A DNA stretch of 64,000 bases, taken from the IMG/VR virus record IMGVR_UViG_3300030441_000198. One strand, 5' to 3'. A program made the translations under genes and the position numbers. Under the pieces are notes generated by a model, which saw only the letters and a list, made by a program, of their open reading frames with translations, had not been told where the DNA came from and made no database searches. The DNA comes from a virus. This document shows positions 26,555 through 36,649 of this stretch, piece after piece. Each line of letters starts with the position of its first letter. The first letter of the stretch is position 1.

Positions 26555-26770
26555 ATGGCGCTCTATAAAGTTCCAGTAAAGTGGGAGCAATGTGGATATT
26601 TAATTGTTCATGCTGAAAATCAAATTGATGCTGCAAGTGTGGCGATGAATGATATTGACGCATATCCATTAGATGGCCAGACGGTTTCTGGTAGTCTCAG
26701 CCTTGCATTTCCACAGGGCTCCGAAACTGAATATATTGCAAAGATTGTACCCGGTTTTGAAGAACGATAA
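26555..26770 (+). CDS. hypothetical protein
   Basis: 71-aa ORF with GGAGGA RBS. Confidence 0.35.
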   Translation: MALYKVPVKWEQCGYLIVHAENQIDAASVAMNDIDAYPLDGQTVSGSLSLAFPQGSETEYIAKIVPGFEER

Positions 26771-26801
26771 CTAAAATCAGCACGAATAAGAGGGTTATAA
26801 A

Positions 26802-29132
26802 GTGGCAGATAAAAAATTTAATGAAAATATGATTCGTTGCTACATCAGGATAAAACGAGTCTTTTATCCGAAAGATGGGAGGGAGGTGGAGCCCGGAGGC
26901 TTCGCCACTTTCTCTGCCGAGGTGGTAAAAGTCAAGCAGGGAAATCCTATCATGAGCCGATACAGCGACCTCCGGCTAAAAGGCAACGTTCCTAGCCTCG
27001 ATATGAATAAAACTTATTCGTTCTGTGGTGAATATGTTCATCATGAAAAGTTTGGTGATCAGTATAAAATTATCTACATGAATGAGTTTCAAGAGATTAC
27101 TGACCCGGAAGAACAAAAAAGCTTTCTCCGTTTTATCTTGACTGACCATCAGTTTGAGATGCTTTACGAAGCATTCAACAATCCGTATGAAATTATCAAG
27201 AATGGGGACATCAAGTCTCTTTGTACTGTTAGCGGTATTACGGAAGGTCGAGCACAAAAGATCATTGACTCTTTTGAAAACAACATTGATAACAGTGAAG
27301 CGTACACGAAACTGATTGAATACGGTTTGACTCCCAGTGCTATTGAAAAGCTTGTTCGTCAGTATCACGGTGCAGACATTCTAGTAAAAAAGATTGAAGA
27401 GAATCCTTACGTCTTGATTGATGATGTGTATGGTATCGGCTGGAAAAAAGCTGACGCTATTGCTTTGAATATGGGCTTAAAGCACAATTCGCAATTCAGA
27501 ATCGAAGCTTACGTCATGCATTTTCTTGCCACTCGTGCCGAAGAAGGTAACTCTATTATCTCGGCAAACCAGACAATCAATAGCTGTATTAAGGAACTTG
27601 ATTTGAACGAGGGTGATCAAGAAGTCATCAAAAGGGCACTTTTCCATCTGCATGATGTCCGTGAAACGCTTTGGTGGAGTGATGACCGTCAGGAATTTGC
27701 TTTAACTAGAGTGTGGAATCTGGAAGATAACATTGCAAAAGAAATCAAGCGTCTGGCGGATGCTCCTGTTGAGCCGATTGGTCGAAATATGGATGCAGCA
27801 ATCAATGAGGCCGAGGATGAACTTTGTATCGAGTACACTGAAGAGCAGAGAGATGCTATTAAAAAGGTATGCTCTAGCAACGTCTGTATCTTAACAGGCT
27901 ACGGCGGAACTGGCAAAAGTACCGTTGTCGCTGGTGTTTTAAAGGTTCTTCGTGGTAAGTCTTTTGCTCAGACTGCACTTTCTGGTCGTGCCGCAGCTCG
28001 TATGCAGGAGATTACTGGTCAGGATGGAAAGACGATTCATCGTCTCCTTGGATATGACATCGAGAACGGTGGGTTTGTTCACGATAAGGGTAATCCTCTG
28101 GATGAGGACATCATCATTCTGGATGAGACCTCTATGGTTGGAGCTCAACTATTCTATGACTTGATTCAGGCTATCGAGACCGGAAAGCGATTCATCATGA
28201 TTGGTGATGACGGGCAGCTTGAGAGCATCGGTATGTGTAACATTTTCAAGGACATGCTTGCATCTAAGGTTGTTCCTGTGGCTCGTTTGACTAAGATCCA
28301 TCGTCAGGCAGCTAAGTCTGCAATTATCACGGAGAGCATCAAGGTTCGTAATGCTACGCAGTTGGTGCCTTATGGCTGGGCTGGTAGTGAGATTCGTGGT
28401 GAACTTCGTGATTTGGAGCTTGATATCTATAAGGACGCAAGTGAGTCATTCAACCACATCATCAATCAGTACCGTACCTTATATAATAAGGTGGGGAATG
28501 ATAGTGCGAAGATTCAGATTGTGCTTCCACAGAAGCTGCGTGGTAGTATCTGTACTTATGAAGTCAATAATGCTATTCAGGAAATTGTGAATCCGAGTCG
28601 TGGTCAAACAGAAGCAAAGGTCACAATCTATGGTGATGGCAAGGATAGAGTGTACACTCTGCGTGAGGGTGATCAGGTCATCATCAACAAAAACAACTAT
28701 GAGCTTCATACATACAATCTCAAGACAAAGAAAAAAGAAGAGAAGTGTCCGGTGTTCAACGGAAACCGTGGCATTATCCGAAAGATTGAGAGTAGTTTTA
28801 TCCTGGTTGATTTTGACCAGTGGGGAACGATTTTCATTCCTCATTACTTTGGTGGGAATAACATTTGGGCAACGCTTGAACTTGCTTATGCTTTAAGTTG
28901 TCATAAGTTGCAGGGCAGTGAGGCTCCGTATGTGATTGTTGGCATGGACAACTCTGCGTACCTGATGCTGACGAGAGAATGGCTCTATACGGCCATTACT
29001 CGTGCCAAGAAGTATTGTGTGATTTGTGCCGAAACTCATGCTCTTGATCGGGCTGTAAAGACTTCGAGAGTTCCATATAAGCGGACGTTCTTGAAGGAAT
29101 TTTTACGGAAAGAATTTGCAGAAAAGCATTGA
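26802..29132 (+). CDS. RecD-like SF1 ATP-dependent DNA helicase
   Basis: Walker A GYGGTGKST, IILDETSMV, GDDGQLESIG, HKLQGSEAPYVIV helicase motifs. Confidence 0.6.
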   Translation: MADKKFNENMIRCYIRIKRVFYPKDGREVEPGGFATFSAEVVKVKQGNPIMSRYSDLRLKGNVPSLDMNKTYSFCGEYVHHEKFGDQYKIIYMNEFQEITDPEEQKSFLRFILTDHQFEMLYEAFNNPYEIIKNGDIKSLCTVSGITEGRAQKIIDSFENNIDNSEAYTKLIEYGLTPSAIEKLVRQYHGADILVKKIEENPYVLIDDVYGIGWKKADAIALNMGLKHNSQFRIEAYVMHFLATRAEEGNSIISANQTINSCIKELDLNEGDQEVIKRALFHLHDVRETLWWSDDRQEFALTRVWNLEDNIAKEIKRLADAPVEPIGRNMDAAINEAEDELCIEYTEEQRDAIKKVCSSNVCILTGYGGTGKSTVVAGVLKVLRGKSFAQTALSGRAAARMQEITGQDGKTIHRLLGYDIENGGFVHDKGNPLDEDIIILDETSMVGAQLFYDLIQAIETGKRFIMIGDDGQLESIGMCNIFKDMLASKVVPVARLTKIHRQAAKSAIITESIKVRNATQLVPYGWAGSEIRGELRDLELDIYKDASESFNHIINQYRTLYNKVGNDSAKIQIVLPQKLRGSICTYEVNNAIQEIVNPSRGQTEAKVTIYGDGKDRVYTLREGDQVIINKNNYELHTYNLKTKKKEEKCPVFNGNRGIIRKIESSFILVDFDQWGTIFIPHYFGGNNIWATLELAYALSCHKLQGSEAPYVIVGMDNSAYLMLTREWLYTAITRAKKYCVICAETHALDRAVKTSRVPYKRTFLKEFLRKEFAEKH

Positions 29133-29157
29133 CAATTATGTTCGTATCCTGTATAAT
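29129..29157 (+). promoter_or_regulatory. consensus sigma70 promoter (TTGACA-17-TATAAT) with conserved motif
   Basis: TTGACA 29129-29134, TATAAT 29152-29157; motif GTATCCTGTATAATATAGCTAT at 29144-29165. Confidence 0.55.
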
Positions 29158-29203
29158 ATAGCTATAAAAAGTCTCCATCCCGGAGGCTTAAAATTCTCTC
29201 TTT

Positions 29204-29223
29204 AGCTATATAATGCAGGATAC
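29204..29223 (+). promoter_or_regulatory. conserved motif AGCTATATAATGCAGGATAC (inverted relative to the 29144 copy)
   Basis: Forms an inverted pair with 29144-29165, 38 bp apart. Confidence 0.45.
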
Positions 29224-29235
29224 GGGAAAGAAATG

Positions 29236-29266
29236 GCTTGCTCGTAACGACAAGCCTTTCTTTATT
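29236..29266 (+). terminator. candidate hairpin/terminator (GGCTTGCTCG-TAA-CGACAAGCC + TTTCTTTATT)
   Basis: About 9-bp stem with one bulge followed by a T-rich tract. Confidence 0.3.
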
Positions 29267-29272
29267 AACTAT

Positions 29273-29292
29273 AACTATATAACACAGGATAC
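29273..29292 (+). promoter_or_regulatory. conserved motif AACTATATAACACAGGATAC upstream of the ligase gene
   Basis: Seventh copy of the motif; RBS GCAAGGAGG follows. Confidence 0.45.
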
Positions 29293-29305
29293 GCAAGGAG
29301 GCTTT

Positions 29306-30637
29306 ATGACAGATAAAGAACTCATAGGTAAGCTTGATACGATGGTTAAGGCATTGCAGAAAGCGAAGAAGAAGACGGATAAGACCCGCATTTTGCTGGA
29401 TGCACGAAAAGATTTTGGAGATGAGGCTGACGAGCTGATGGCATTCTTCCGATTCCTGCTTGACCCGGCGATTGTGACTGGCCTGTCTGATGCAAAAATC
29501 AATAAGAAGGTAACTGCAAAGCCGGATATCGAAATTCAATATCTCAGCTGTGGATACATTTATATTATGGGCGCTGGGCACAATACCGGCTCTGATGCAT
29601 CCATCGCAACAATCCAGAATTATTTACATAAAAATCCTGAATACGAAGAGTTTCTGAAGCGACTGTTCACTAAGAACTTGCCGATTGGAGTTGAGGCAGC
29701 GACCATCAATAAAGTGTACGGCGAAGAGATTATTCCAGTCTGGGAGGTCCAGCAGGGATATCCGATTGATAAGGTAAAGCTGAAGGATGGCATTTGGTTC
29801 AGTTTGAGCCAGAAGATGAATGGCAATAGGGGGACTCTATATCGTGGAGATTTAATTTCTCGTCAGGCACAAAAATTTGAAGGTCTTGACCATATTAAGA
29901 ATGACCTGCTCTCTTTGTATGATGGCGATGCGACGAGGCGAGATTCTTTGGTATTTGACGGAGAACTTATCTACAAGAATCCCGAAGGAATGTCGGACGG
30001 AGAGGCGTTTCGTTTCGGAACTGGTCTACTTAATTCTGACAACAAGGACAAGACTGAAATCAAATTTGTGATTTTTGATGTGATTCCTGTTGTAGAGTTC
30101 GACCGTGGGAAATGCGCGGTTCCGTATCGGACGCGCCGTGAATGGTTAAATTGTCTTCGCGCAGAGATTACTCGCAAGAACCTTGAAAACATCGAAATTG
30201 TTCCAATGGTATATGAAGGTATTGACCAGAGTGTGATCCCGAAGTGGCTTGATTATGCTGTCGAACATGATTGGGAAGGTCTTATGTTGAACACGGACGT
30301 CCCTTACCGCCGGACTCGTCACAATGGTTGTCTCAAGATTAAGCGTTTTTACACTGTTGACCTGCGAATCACCGCAATCGAGGAAGGTCAGAACCGTCTG
30401 GCTGGCACGATGGGAGCTCTCGTTGTGGATTACAAGGGTAATGTGCTTCGCATTGGCTCTGGCTTTGATGATGCTACGAGAGCTGCTGTGTGGGCAAATC
30501 CTGATAATTACATCGGTAAGATTGTGGAATGTAAGTACAAAGAGGTCACGATGGACAAAAAGACTGGCCTTGAGTCTTTGCAATTCCCGACATTTGTACG
30601 ATTCAGAGATGATAAGAACGAAGTAAGCTACGGCTAA
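29306..30637 (+). CDS. ATP-dependent DNA ligase (nucleotidyltransferase superfamily)
   Basis: SQKMNGNRG (KxxG adenylylation motif I variant), EGLMLN (motif IV), LKIKRF (motif V); ATG 29306 after GCAAGGAGG. Confidence 0.5.
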   Translation: MTDKELIGKLDTMVKALQKAKKKTDKTRILLDARKDFGDEADELMAFFRFLLDPAIVTGLSDAKINKKVTAKPDIEIQYLSCGYIYIMGAGHNTGSDASIATIQNYLHKNPEYEEFLKRLFTKNLPIGVEAATINKVYGEEIIPVWEVQQGYPIDKVKLKDGIWFSLSQKMNGNRGTLYRGDLISRQAQKFEGLDHIKNDLLSLYDGDATRRDSLVFDGELIYKNPEGMSDGEAFRFGTGLLNSDNKDKTEIKFVIFDVIPVVEFDRGKCAVPYRTRREWLNCLRAEITRKNLENIEIVPMVYEGIDQSVIPKWLDYAVEHDWEGLMLNTDVPYRRTRHNGCLKIKRFYTVDLRITAIEEGQNRLAGTMGALVVDYKGNVLRIGSGFDDATRAAVWANPDNYIGKIVECKYKEVTMDKKTGLESLQFPTFVRFRDDKNEVSYG

Positions 30638-30647
30638 GGAGAAAGCT

Positions 30648-30920
30648 ATGAATCTTTCTAAGAAGTCCATTAAGCACATTCTTCGGATTCTTGATAATAA
30701 ATGTATCGAAGTTCCTACAAAGACATCCGCTTATAGCAGCGGTGGACGTAGAATTTTGACTCGTGATTTTGAGCCAAAGGTGTCACATGGCATGAATGGC
30801 TGGCAACGAATCGTCTATGTACCGTCCGAAGGATATTTCTACGGAATTTATAACGGAAAATCGGAAGAAGATTGGGATATTCCAGATATCTGGTCTCCTG
30901 CCCAGCTTTCTGATTTGTGA
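30648..30920 (+). CDS. hypothetical protein
   Basis: 90-aa ORF, RBS AAGGAGAAAG. Confidence 0.35.
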   Translation: MNLSKKSIKHILRILDNKCIEVPTKTSAYSSGGRRILTRDFEPKVSHGMNGWQRIVYVPSEGYFYGIYNGKSEEDWDIPDIWSPAQLSDL

Positions 30921-31153
30921 GGTTTACAATGTTTGTTTTAACACAGAATCAAACCGGAGTTGCTGACACCAGTAAATGTTTTGGAATCCATATTGTAGAT
31001 GAATCAACAGTAATCAGAGCGTATACATTTGATGGAGATGGATGGATGAAACTTGGTAAATATAAAACAGTAGAACGAGCAAAAGAAGTAATTCAAGAAA
31101 TTAACACTGCTCTTTGTGAGAACCGTGTTAGTTTCGATATGCCGGAGGACTAA
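30917..31153 (+). CDS. hypothetical protein (paralog family A, member 1)
   Basis: Shares LTQN...I...G pattern with the next ORF. Confidence 0.35.
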   Translation: MRFTMFVLTQNQTGVADTSKCFGIHIVDESTVIRAYTFDGDGWMKLGKYKTVERAKEVIQEINTALCENRVSFDMPED

Positions 31154-31154
31154 A

Positions 31155-31370
31155 ATGCTACTTTTAACGCAAAACAAAGAAATCGTAAATCTTGACCGTA
31201 TAGCCATCATTGATACTGCAAGCCTTAATATTTACGCAAGACAGGGAAATGGTGAGCGCGGAATCATTCTTGGAGGATACGATTCCGAAGAAAGGTGTAA
31301 GAGTGTTATTTGCGATATTTTTTATTGCTATAAGTTGAATGCACTTGCTTATATTATGCCAAATAACTAA
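31155..31370 (+). CDS. hypothetical protein (paralog family A, member 2)
   Basis: MLLLTQNKEIVNLDRIAIIDT is similar to MFVLTQNQTGVADTSKCFGIHIVDE; RBS GGAGGA. Confidence 0.35.
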   Translation: MLLLTQNKEIVNLDRIAIIDTASLNIYARQGNGERGIILGGYDSEERCKSVICDIFYCYKLNALAYIMPNN

Positions 31371-31371
31371 A

Positions 31372-31611
31372 ATGAATGATTTCAAAAAACTAGCCATCCC
31401 AAAGAAAGAACGACTTGAAGTTCAACTTACAGATGGCACAGAAGAACACAATATACTCTACATAATTACATCTCTAGCCACTATTAAAGGTGCTGAGATT
31501 TTTAAAAATTTTCGTTTGTATTCTGTAGGCTCCGCCGGGGAGCTCAACTTATTAGAGAAGCAAGACGGCGATCCCTACTTTGATAAGCTGAAAGGAACAG
31601 AATATGAGTAA
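31372..31611 (+). CDS. hypothetical protein
   Basis: ATG 31372; 79 aa. Confidence 0.3.
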   Translation: MNDFKKLAIPKKERLEVQLTDGTEEHNILYIITSLATIKGAEIFKNFRLYSVGSAGELNLLEKQDGDPYFDKLKGTEYE

Positions 31612-31951
31612 TTCAATGAACCGAGAAGACCGGCGCAGAGAGCAGCGTAAAGCACGAATCCTTGCCCGGCGAATCAAGAAGGCTGGTGGCCCTGACTTTC
31701 TGGCTGGAATGCCAGTAGAGGAATGGGAACCCAAGATTGGTGATGAGGTCACCATTAAGGTAAAGAGGATTCAGGGCAAGAAGGATTTCTTTAAGATGAG
31801 TCCTCAGTATCAGGACTTTATCAATAGCCTTGAAGACGGAAAACCTTACAAGATTACCAGTACCGGCATGAAGGGTCAGGTTTACGGCATTGACGCACAT
31901 CCTTATTTCCAGATTTGGAAGGGTGATATGGAACCCTACAAGGAGTCCTAA
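31604..31951 (+). CDS. hypothetical basic protein
   Basis: 115-aa ORF. Confidence 0.35.
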   Translation: MSNSMNREDRRREQRKARILARRIKKAGGPDFLAGMPVEEWEPKIGDEVTIKVKRIQGKKDFFKMSPQYQDFINSLEDGKPYKITSTGMKGQVYGIDAHPYFQIWKGDMEPYKES

Positions 31952-32196
31952 TGAGAATGTACTTCAGGACGGACTATTATGCAGATGTTGGCATAGATGA
32001 AGTCGTTCGGCTTCAAAGAGGAACTACATGCGAAGTAGTTTCAGAAACTGAATTTTTTTATTTTATCGTAACTGATAATGAATCATTCAGGAAAATGTTA
32101 AACATTGTCATGATTCCCAAAGAAGACCTTGAAGATGATGTATATGTCGTGACTGGTAAGAGCGAAAAACTTGAGGAAGGGGGTGGGGTGATATGA
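31951..32196 (+). CDS. hypothetical protein
   Basis: 81-aa ORF overlapping the previous stop. Confidence 0.3.
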   Translation: MRMYFRTDYYADVGIDEVVRLQRGTTCEVVSETEFFYFIVTDNESFRKMLNIVMIPKEDLEDDVYVVTGKSEKLEEGGGVI

Positions 32197-32396
32197 TTGG
32201 TATTGACCATCGTGAGCAGGGTCGTAAGGAACGAGCCCTTGCAGAGTATTATAGGACCTTAGCTCGATATCCTGTCGAGTGTGGAGAGCCGATTACATAT
32301 CAGTTGTCAGAAGAGCAGCTTAAACAGGTTCTTTGCGGAGAGGTTACTGTTGATGAGTTGATTGGAAGAGGTGAGGTAAATGAGAGACAGGATTAA
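32193..32396 (+). CDS. hypothetical protein
   Basis: 67-aa ORF. Confidence 0.3.
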   Translation: MIGIDHREQGRKERALAEYYRTLARYPVECGEPITYQLSEEQLKQVLCGEVTVDELIGRGEVNERQD

Positions 32397-32555
32397 GATG
32401 TGGATCGCTTTCATTAAGATTTTTAAGGATTATCTTATTGCGGTCGGAATCATGATTGTGTTGTGGTTGCTGTCTTGCCTTATCAAATATGGGATTTCAG
32501 TATCCAATTTTCCAGATTGGTTTAAGTTTGCACTTCTAAAGTGAAGGAGGATTAA

Positions 32556-32780
32556 ATGGTAACCGATATTCTTAATAGAGAGATTCATGTTGGTGATACG
32601 GTTCTTAGGGCAAGAACATACAAAAGTACGGGGGTTCTTTGGAGTATTCATAAAGTCGTAGGCATTATGAATGTAATGATTAAAGTTCAAGACGGAAAGT
32701 ACACAACGAATGTTGCACCAAGGAATTGTATCGTAATTGACGAGAGTGACATTCCTGAAAACTGGCAGGACGAATATTAA
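32556..32780 (+). CDS. hypothetical protein
   Basis: 74-aa ORF, RBS GGAGGA. Confidence 0.35.
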   Translation: MVTDILNREIHVGDTVLRARTYKSTGVLWSIHKVVGIMNVMIKVQDGKYTTNVAPRNCIVIDESDIPENWQDEY

Positions 32781-32790
32781 GGAGAGTTGA

Positions 32791-33507
32791 ATGGTAGTTG
32801 ACTTGATCGCGTACACACAGCGAGTTGTTCCTACAAGTGATAAGAATCCTTTAAATATTGTAGAGGAAGCCGCGAGTATTTGTTATGACTCTTCAATGAC
32901 TGACGACTATAAAATTGCTAAGGGATGTAAAGCCAGTGGTCACTATTCTGTGCTTGAACACATCAACTTTACGTTCTACGTCAAAGATGTGAGCCGAGCA
33001 CTTCTGGCACAGATTAGTCGTCATCGACATATTAGCATGAGCTGCCGTAGCCAGCGTTATTGCAGCGAAGATGGATTCAAGTATGTGAACCCGTTTACCG
33101 GTGAAGATGCTGATGTTTTTGATAATATGATGTCTGACATTGATACCGATTATCAGATTCTCAAGAAGTATCACAACGCCAAAAACGAAGACGCCCGTGC
33201 AGTTCTGCCAAATGCTTGTTGTACAGAGTTTTACATTACGATGAACGCTCGTGCTTTGATTGAGATGAGTCATCTTCGACTTTGTTTTAGGGCTCAAAAA
33301 GAAATCCGTGAGATGTTTACAGAAATGAAGAAGGAAGTTGCACAGGTTTGTCCTGAAGTAGCAAACTGGATGGTTCCTTCTTGCGAGGCTAATCCGAAGT
33401 ATCCGTTCTGCCCAGAAGGTCGTGGCTGCTGTGGCCGTCATCCTCGGTTGGCAGATGTTTATAAGCCTATTAAAAAAAACAAGGAGGTTATTGATGCAAA
33501 CACTTGA
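32791..33507 (+). CDS. thyX: flavin-dependent thymidylate synthase ThyX
   Basis: ThyX signature RHRHISMSCRSQRY (RHRxxSxxxxSxR). Confidence 0.65.
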   Translation: MVVDLIAYTQRVVPTSDKNPLNIVEEAASICYDSSMTDDYKIAKGCKASGHYSVLEHINFTFYVKDVSRALLAQISRHRHISMSCRSQRYCSEDGFKYVNPFTGEDADVFDNMMSDIDTDYQILKKYHNAKNEDARAVLPNACCTEFYITMNARALIEMSHLRLCFRAQKEIREMFTEMKKEVAQVCPEVANWMVPSCEANPKYPFCPEGRGCCGRHPRLADVYKPIKKNKEVIDANT

Positions 33508-33988
33508 CGAAATTAAAAAGAATGTTGAGCACCCGTCTTATTACGGCGGTGCTGACAATCCCTATGAGGCCATCAAAGTGCTACGGGAGTGGCAGTTAGA
33601 CAAGGATGCTTATCTTTGGAATGTTGGTAAGTATCTAAGCCGGGCAGGTCACAAAGATGGCAATTCTCAGCTTCAAGATTTGACGAAGGCACGTTGGTAT
33701 TTGGACTATAAAATCCGGCTTTTAGAGGAACAGCAGAAGGTTGCTGAAAGTGTCGTAGATACGCTCAAGAAAGTTCCTAATGAAGTAACTGATAAGCTGA
33801 CTACGATGCCGGATTGCGGAGATGTCTATATTCCTACTATTGGAAAGACAGTAAAAGAATGCGTTCAGTATGTTCCTCGTCATGCAAAGCCAGACTATAC
33901 GGATGATTTGGTTTTCCGTCCAGAAATCCATACTCCAAACATTGAAACTGCCGTGATTCCTGATTGTGCCGATGAGGTCAAGTTTTAA
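33494..33988 (+). CDS. DUF3310-family phage protein
   Basis: HPSYYGG...AIKVLREW...NVGKYLSRAGHK...DLTKARWYL pattern typical of DUF3310. Confidence 0.45.
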   Translation: MQTLDEIKKNVEHPSYYGGADNPYEAIKVLREWQLDKDAYLWNVGKYLSRAGHKDGNSQLQDLTKARWYLDYKIRLLEEQQKVAESVVDTLKKVPNEVTDKLTTMPDCGDVYIPTIGKTVKECVQYVPRHAKPDYTDDLVFRPEIHTPNIETAVIPDCADEVKF

Positions 33989-34106
33989 GAGGTTTACATA
34001 AATGAGATACAACTGGGAATATCCGCTGGTAGCGTTGATGCTCCTAGCTATGATAATGACATTTTGGTTTTCTAAGGTCGTCCTTGGAATTTGAAGGAGT
34101 GATTGA

Positions 34107-36302
34107 ATGGAATATGTGATTAAACGCGATGGAACGAAAGTTCCTTTTGATAAGAGTAAGGTCGTGAATGCGATTGAGAAGGCAATGACGAATACGACTG
34201 GGGGAGTTGATTCTCGCGTGTCTAACGCTATTGCAGACTACATCGCAGACATTCCTGATACGATGTCTGTAGAGCAGATTCAGGATGTGGTTATTGGTCA
34301 GTTGAAAAATAGCCCTCTTTCGGATGTGGCTGACGCTTATAGTCACTGGCGTATTCTTCGGCAGGAGATTCGTGAGAAGCAGCGAGCGTATGGCGAAATT
34401 CTCTCCATCTGTGATGTAGATAACGAGAAGGTCAAGCAGGAGAACAGCAACAAAAATCCTGTTGTGAATAGCGTGCAGCGCGACTATATGGCTGGCGAAG
34501 TCTCCAAAGATCTGAGCTTTAATCTGCTTCTCCCGAAAGATATTGTGGATGCTCACTATGATGGCCGAATTCATTTCCACGATTCCGACTATTTTGCTCA
34601 GCACATGTTTAACTGCTCGTTGGTCAATCTGGAAGATATGTTGCAGAACGGCACTGTGATTTCTGGTACTGGCATTGATAAACCCCACAGCTTTTCTACC
34701 GCCTGCAACATTGCCACACAGATCATTGCGCAGGTGGCATCCAATCAGTACGGCGGCCAGAGCATTACGTTGTCTCATCTGGCTCCTTTTGTGGATGTCT
34801 CCCGAAAGAAGATTGCGGGTGAAGTCCATGAGGAGTTTTACGACATGATTCAAAACAATGAGATTGATAAAATGCCAAATCAGGAGACTATCAATCGAAT
34901 TGTAGAGAAGCGTTTACATAAAGAAATCGTTGCAGGTGTTCAGACTATTCAGTATCAGGTCATTACTTTGATGACCACAAACGGGCAGGCTCCTTTTATT
35001 ACCATTTTTATGTACCTAGATGAAGTTCCTGAAGGCCAGACCCGTGATGACCTTGCAATTATCATTGAAGAAGTTCTTCGTCAGCGCATTAAAGGTGTGA
35101 AAAATGAAACTGGTGCATGGATTACTCCGGCTTTCCCAAAATTGATTTATGTGCTGGAAGAAGACAACATTCGAGATAATTCTAAGTATTACTATCTGAC
35201 TGAACTGGCAGCTAAATGTACTGCCAAGAGATTCGTACCTGACTACATTTCTGAGAAGAAGATGTTTGAGTACAAAGGTGCTTGCTACCCCTGTATGGGA
35301 TGTCGCAGCTTCCTGACTCCTGATCGAACCACCGAGAATATTTCTGGTGCCATGAATTGGGAGAAGGGCCACAAGTATTATGGTCGCTTTAATGCCGGTG
35401 TTGTCACCATCAATCTGGTAGATGTTGCTTGTAGCTCTAAGAAGGATATTTCTGAGTTTTGGAAAATTTTTGATGAGCGTCTTGAACTGTGCCATCGAGC
35501 ACTTCAGATTCGGTATAAGCGATTGATGGGTACGCCTTCTGATGTTAGTCCAATTCATTTTCAGCATGGTGCAATCGCACGTTTGAAGAAGGGCGAGAAG
35601 ATTGATAAATTGCTGTTTGACGGATATGCAACCATCAGTTTAGGTTACGCAGGTCTGTATGAATGTGTAAAGTATATGACCGGTAAGAGCCATACTGATG
35701 ATAAGGCAAAACCTTTTGCTCTTGAGATTATGCAACATATGAACGACAAGTGCAGTGAGTGGAAGGCAGCAGAAAATATTGATTACAGTCTCTACGGCAC
35801 TCCGCTGGAATCCACCACATACAAGTTCGCCAAGTGCCTGCAAAAGCGGTTTGGCATCATTCCAGATGTAACCGACCATGATTACATCACCAATAGCTAT
35901 CATGTCGTGGTTCGTGAGCATATTGATGCATTCAAGAAGCTGAAGTTTGAGTCTGAGTTCCAGCAGCTGTCTCCCGGCGGAGCCATCTCGTATATCGAGT
36001 GCCCTAATATGACCAACAACATTCCTGCTGTGATGAGTGTCATCAAATACATCTACGACACTATTATCTATGCAGAGCTGAACATCAAGTCTGATTATTG
36101 TCAGGTTTGTGGTTATGACGGCGAGATTAAGATTGTCGAGGACAATGGTAAGCTTGTTTGGGAATGCCCAAATTGTGGTAATCGAGACCAGAATAAACTG
36201 AATGTTGCACGACGTACCTGCGGATTTATTGGGACTCAGTTTTGGAATCAGGGGCGGACGCAAGAGATTCGAGATCGAGTAGTTCATCTGAGCGATAACT
36301 AA
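34107..36302 (+). CDS. nrdD: anaerobic ribonucleoside-triphosphate reductase NrdD
   Basis: N-terminal ATP-cone (MEYVIKRDGTKVPFDKSKV); C-terminal Zn site CQVCGY...CPNCGN and glycyl-radical region RRTCGFIG. Confidence 0.7.
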   Translation: MEYVIKRDGTKVPFDKSKVVNAIEKAMTNTTGGVDSRVSNAIADYIADIPDTMSVEQIQDVVIGQLKNSPLSDVADAYSHWRILRQEIREKQRAYGEILSICDVDNEKVKQENSNKNPVVNSVQRDYMAGEVSKDLSFNLLLPKDIVDAHYDGRIHFHDSDYFAQHMFNCSLVNLEDMLQNGTVISGTGIDKPHSFSTACNIATQIIAQVASNQYGGQSITLSHLAPFVDVSRKKIAGEVHEEFYDMIQNNEIDKMPNQETINRIVEKRLHKEIVAGVQTIQYQVITLMTTNGQAPFITIFMYLDEVPEGQTRDDLAIIIEEVLRQRIKGVKNETGAWITPAFPKLIYVLEEDNIRDNSKYYYLTELAAKCTAKRFVPDYISEKKMFEYKGACYPCMGCRSFLTPDRTTENISGAMNWEKGHKYYGRFNAGVVTINLVDVACSSKKDISEFWKIFDERLELCHRALQIRYKRLMGTPSDVSPIHFQHGAIARLKKGEKIDKLLFDGYATISLGYAGLYECVKYMTGKSHTDDKAKPFALEIMQHMNDKCSEWKAAENIDYSLYGTPLESTTYKFAKCLQKRFGIIPDVTDHDYITNSYHVVVREHIDAFKKLKFESEFQQLSPGGAISYIECPNMTNNIPAVMSVIKYIYDTIIYAELNIKSDYCQVCGYDGEIKIVEDNGKLVWECPNCGNRDQNKLNVARRTCGFIGTQFWNQGRTQEIRDRVVHLSDN

Positions 36303-36316
36303 ACAAAGGATGAAAT

Positions 36317-36649
36317 ATGGATACTACACAACAGATTTTAGAGCGAGATTGGGATAATGATTTTGTTAAAAAGATGCAGAATCGTATTTTGGTATCTCAT
36401 TATAAATATGGTTGGATGAATCAGACATATCCAGATTTGGCTCAAGCTGTAAAGGAAATTTATCCAAGAGTCAAAAAGTATTTAGAGACAGGAAATACAG
36501 AATGGCTCATTGATGTTGCTAATTTTGCAATGATTGAATATTTGCATCCTAGCGTTGTTGGAGCGCATTTCAAAGGAACAGATAGTGAAGAGTCTCCGGG
36601 ACTGACAAGTGGAATCAGCTACAAAGAACTCGAAGAGAGTATGAAGTAA
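36317..36649 (+). CDS. hypothetical protein
   Basis: 110-aa ORF. Confidence 0.35.
   Translation: MDTTQQILERDWDNDFVKKMQNRILVSHYKYGWMNQTYPDLAQAVKEIYPRVKKYLETGNTEWLIDVANFAMIEYLHPSVVGAHFKGTDSEESPGLTSGISYKELEESMK

Noticed and set aside
34044-34853. 269-aa minus-strand ORF
   Set aside because: Antisense to nrdD.
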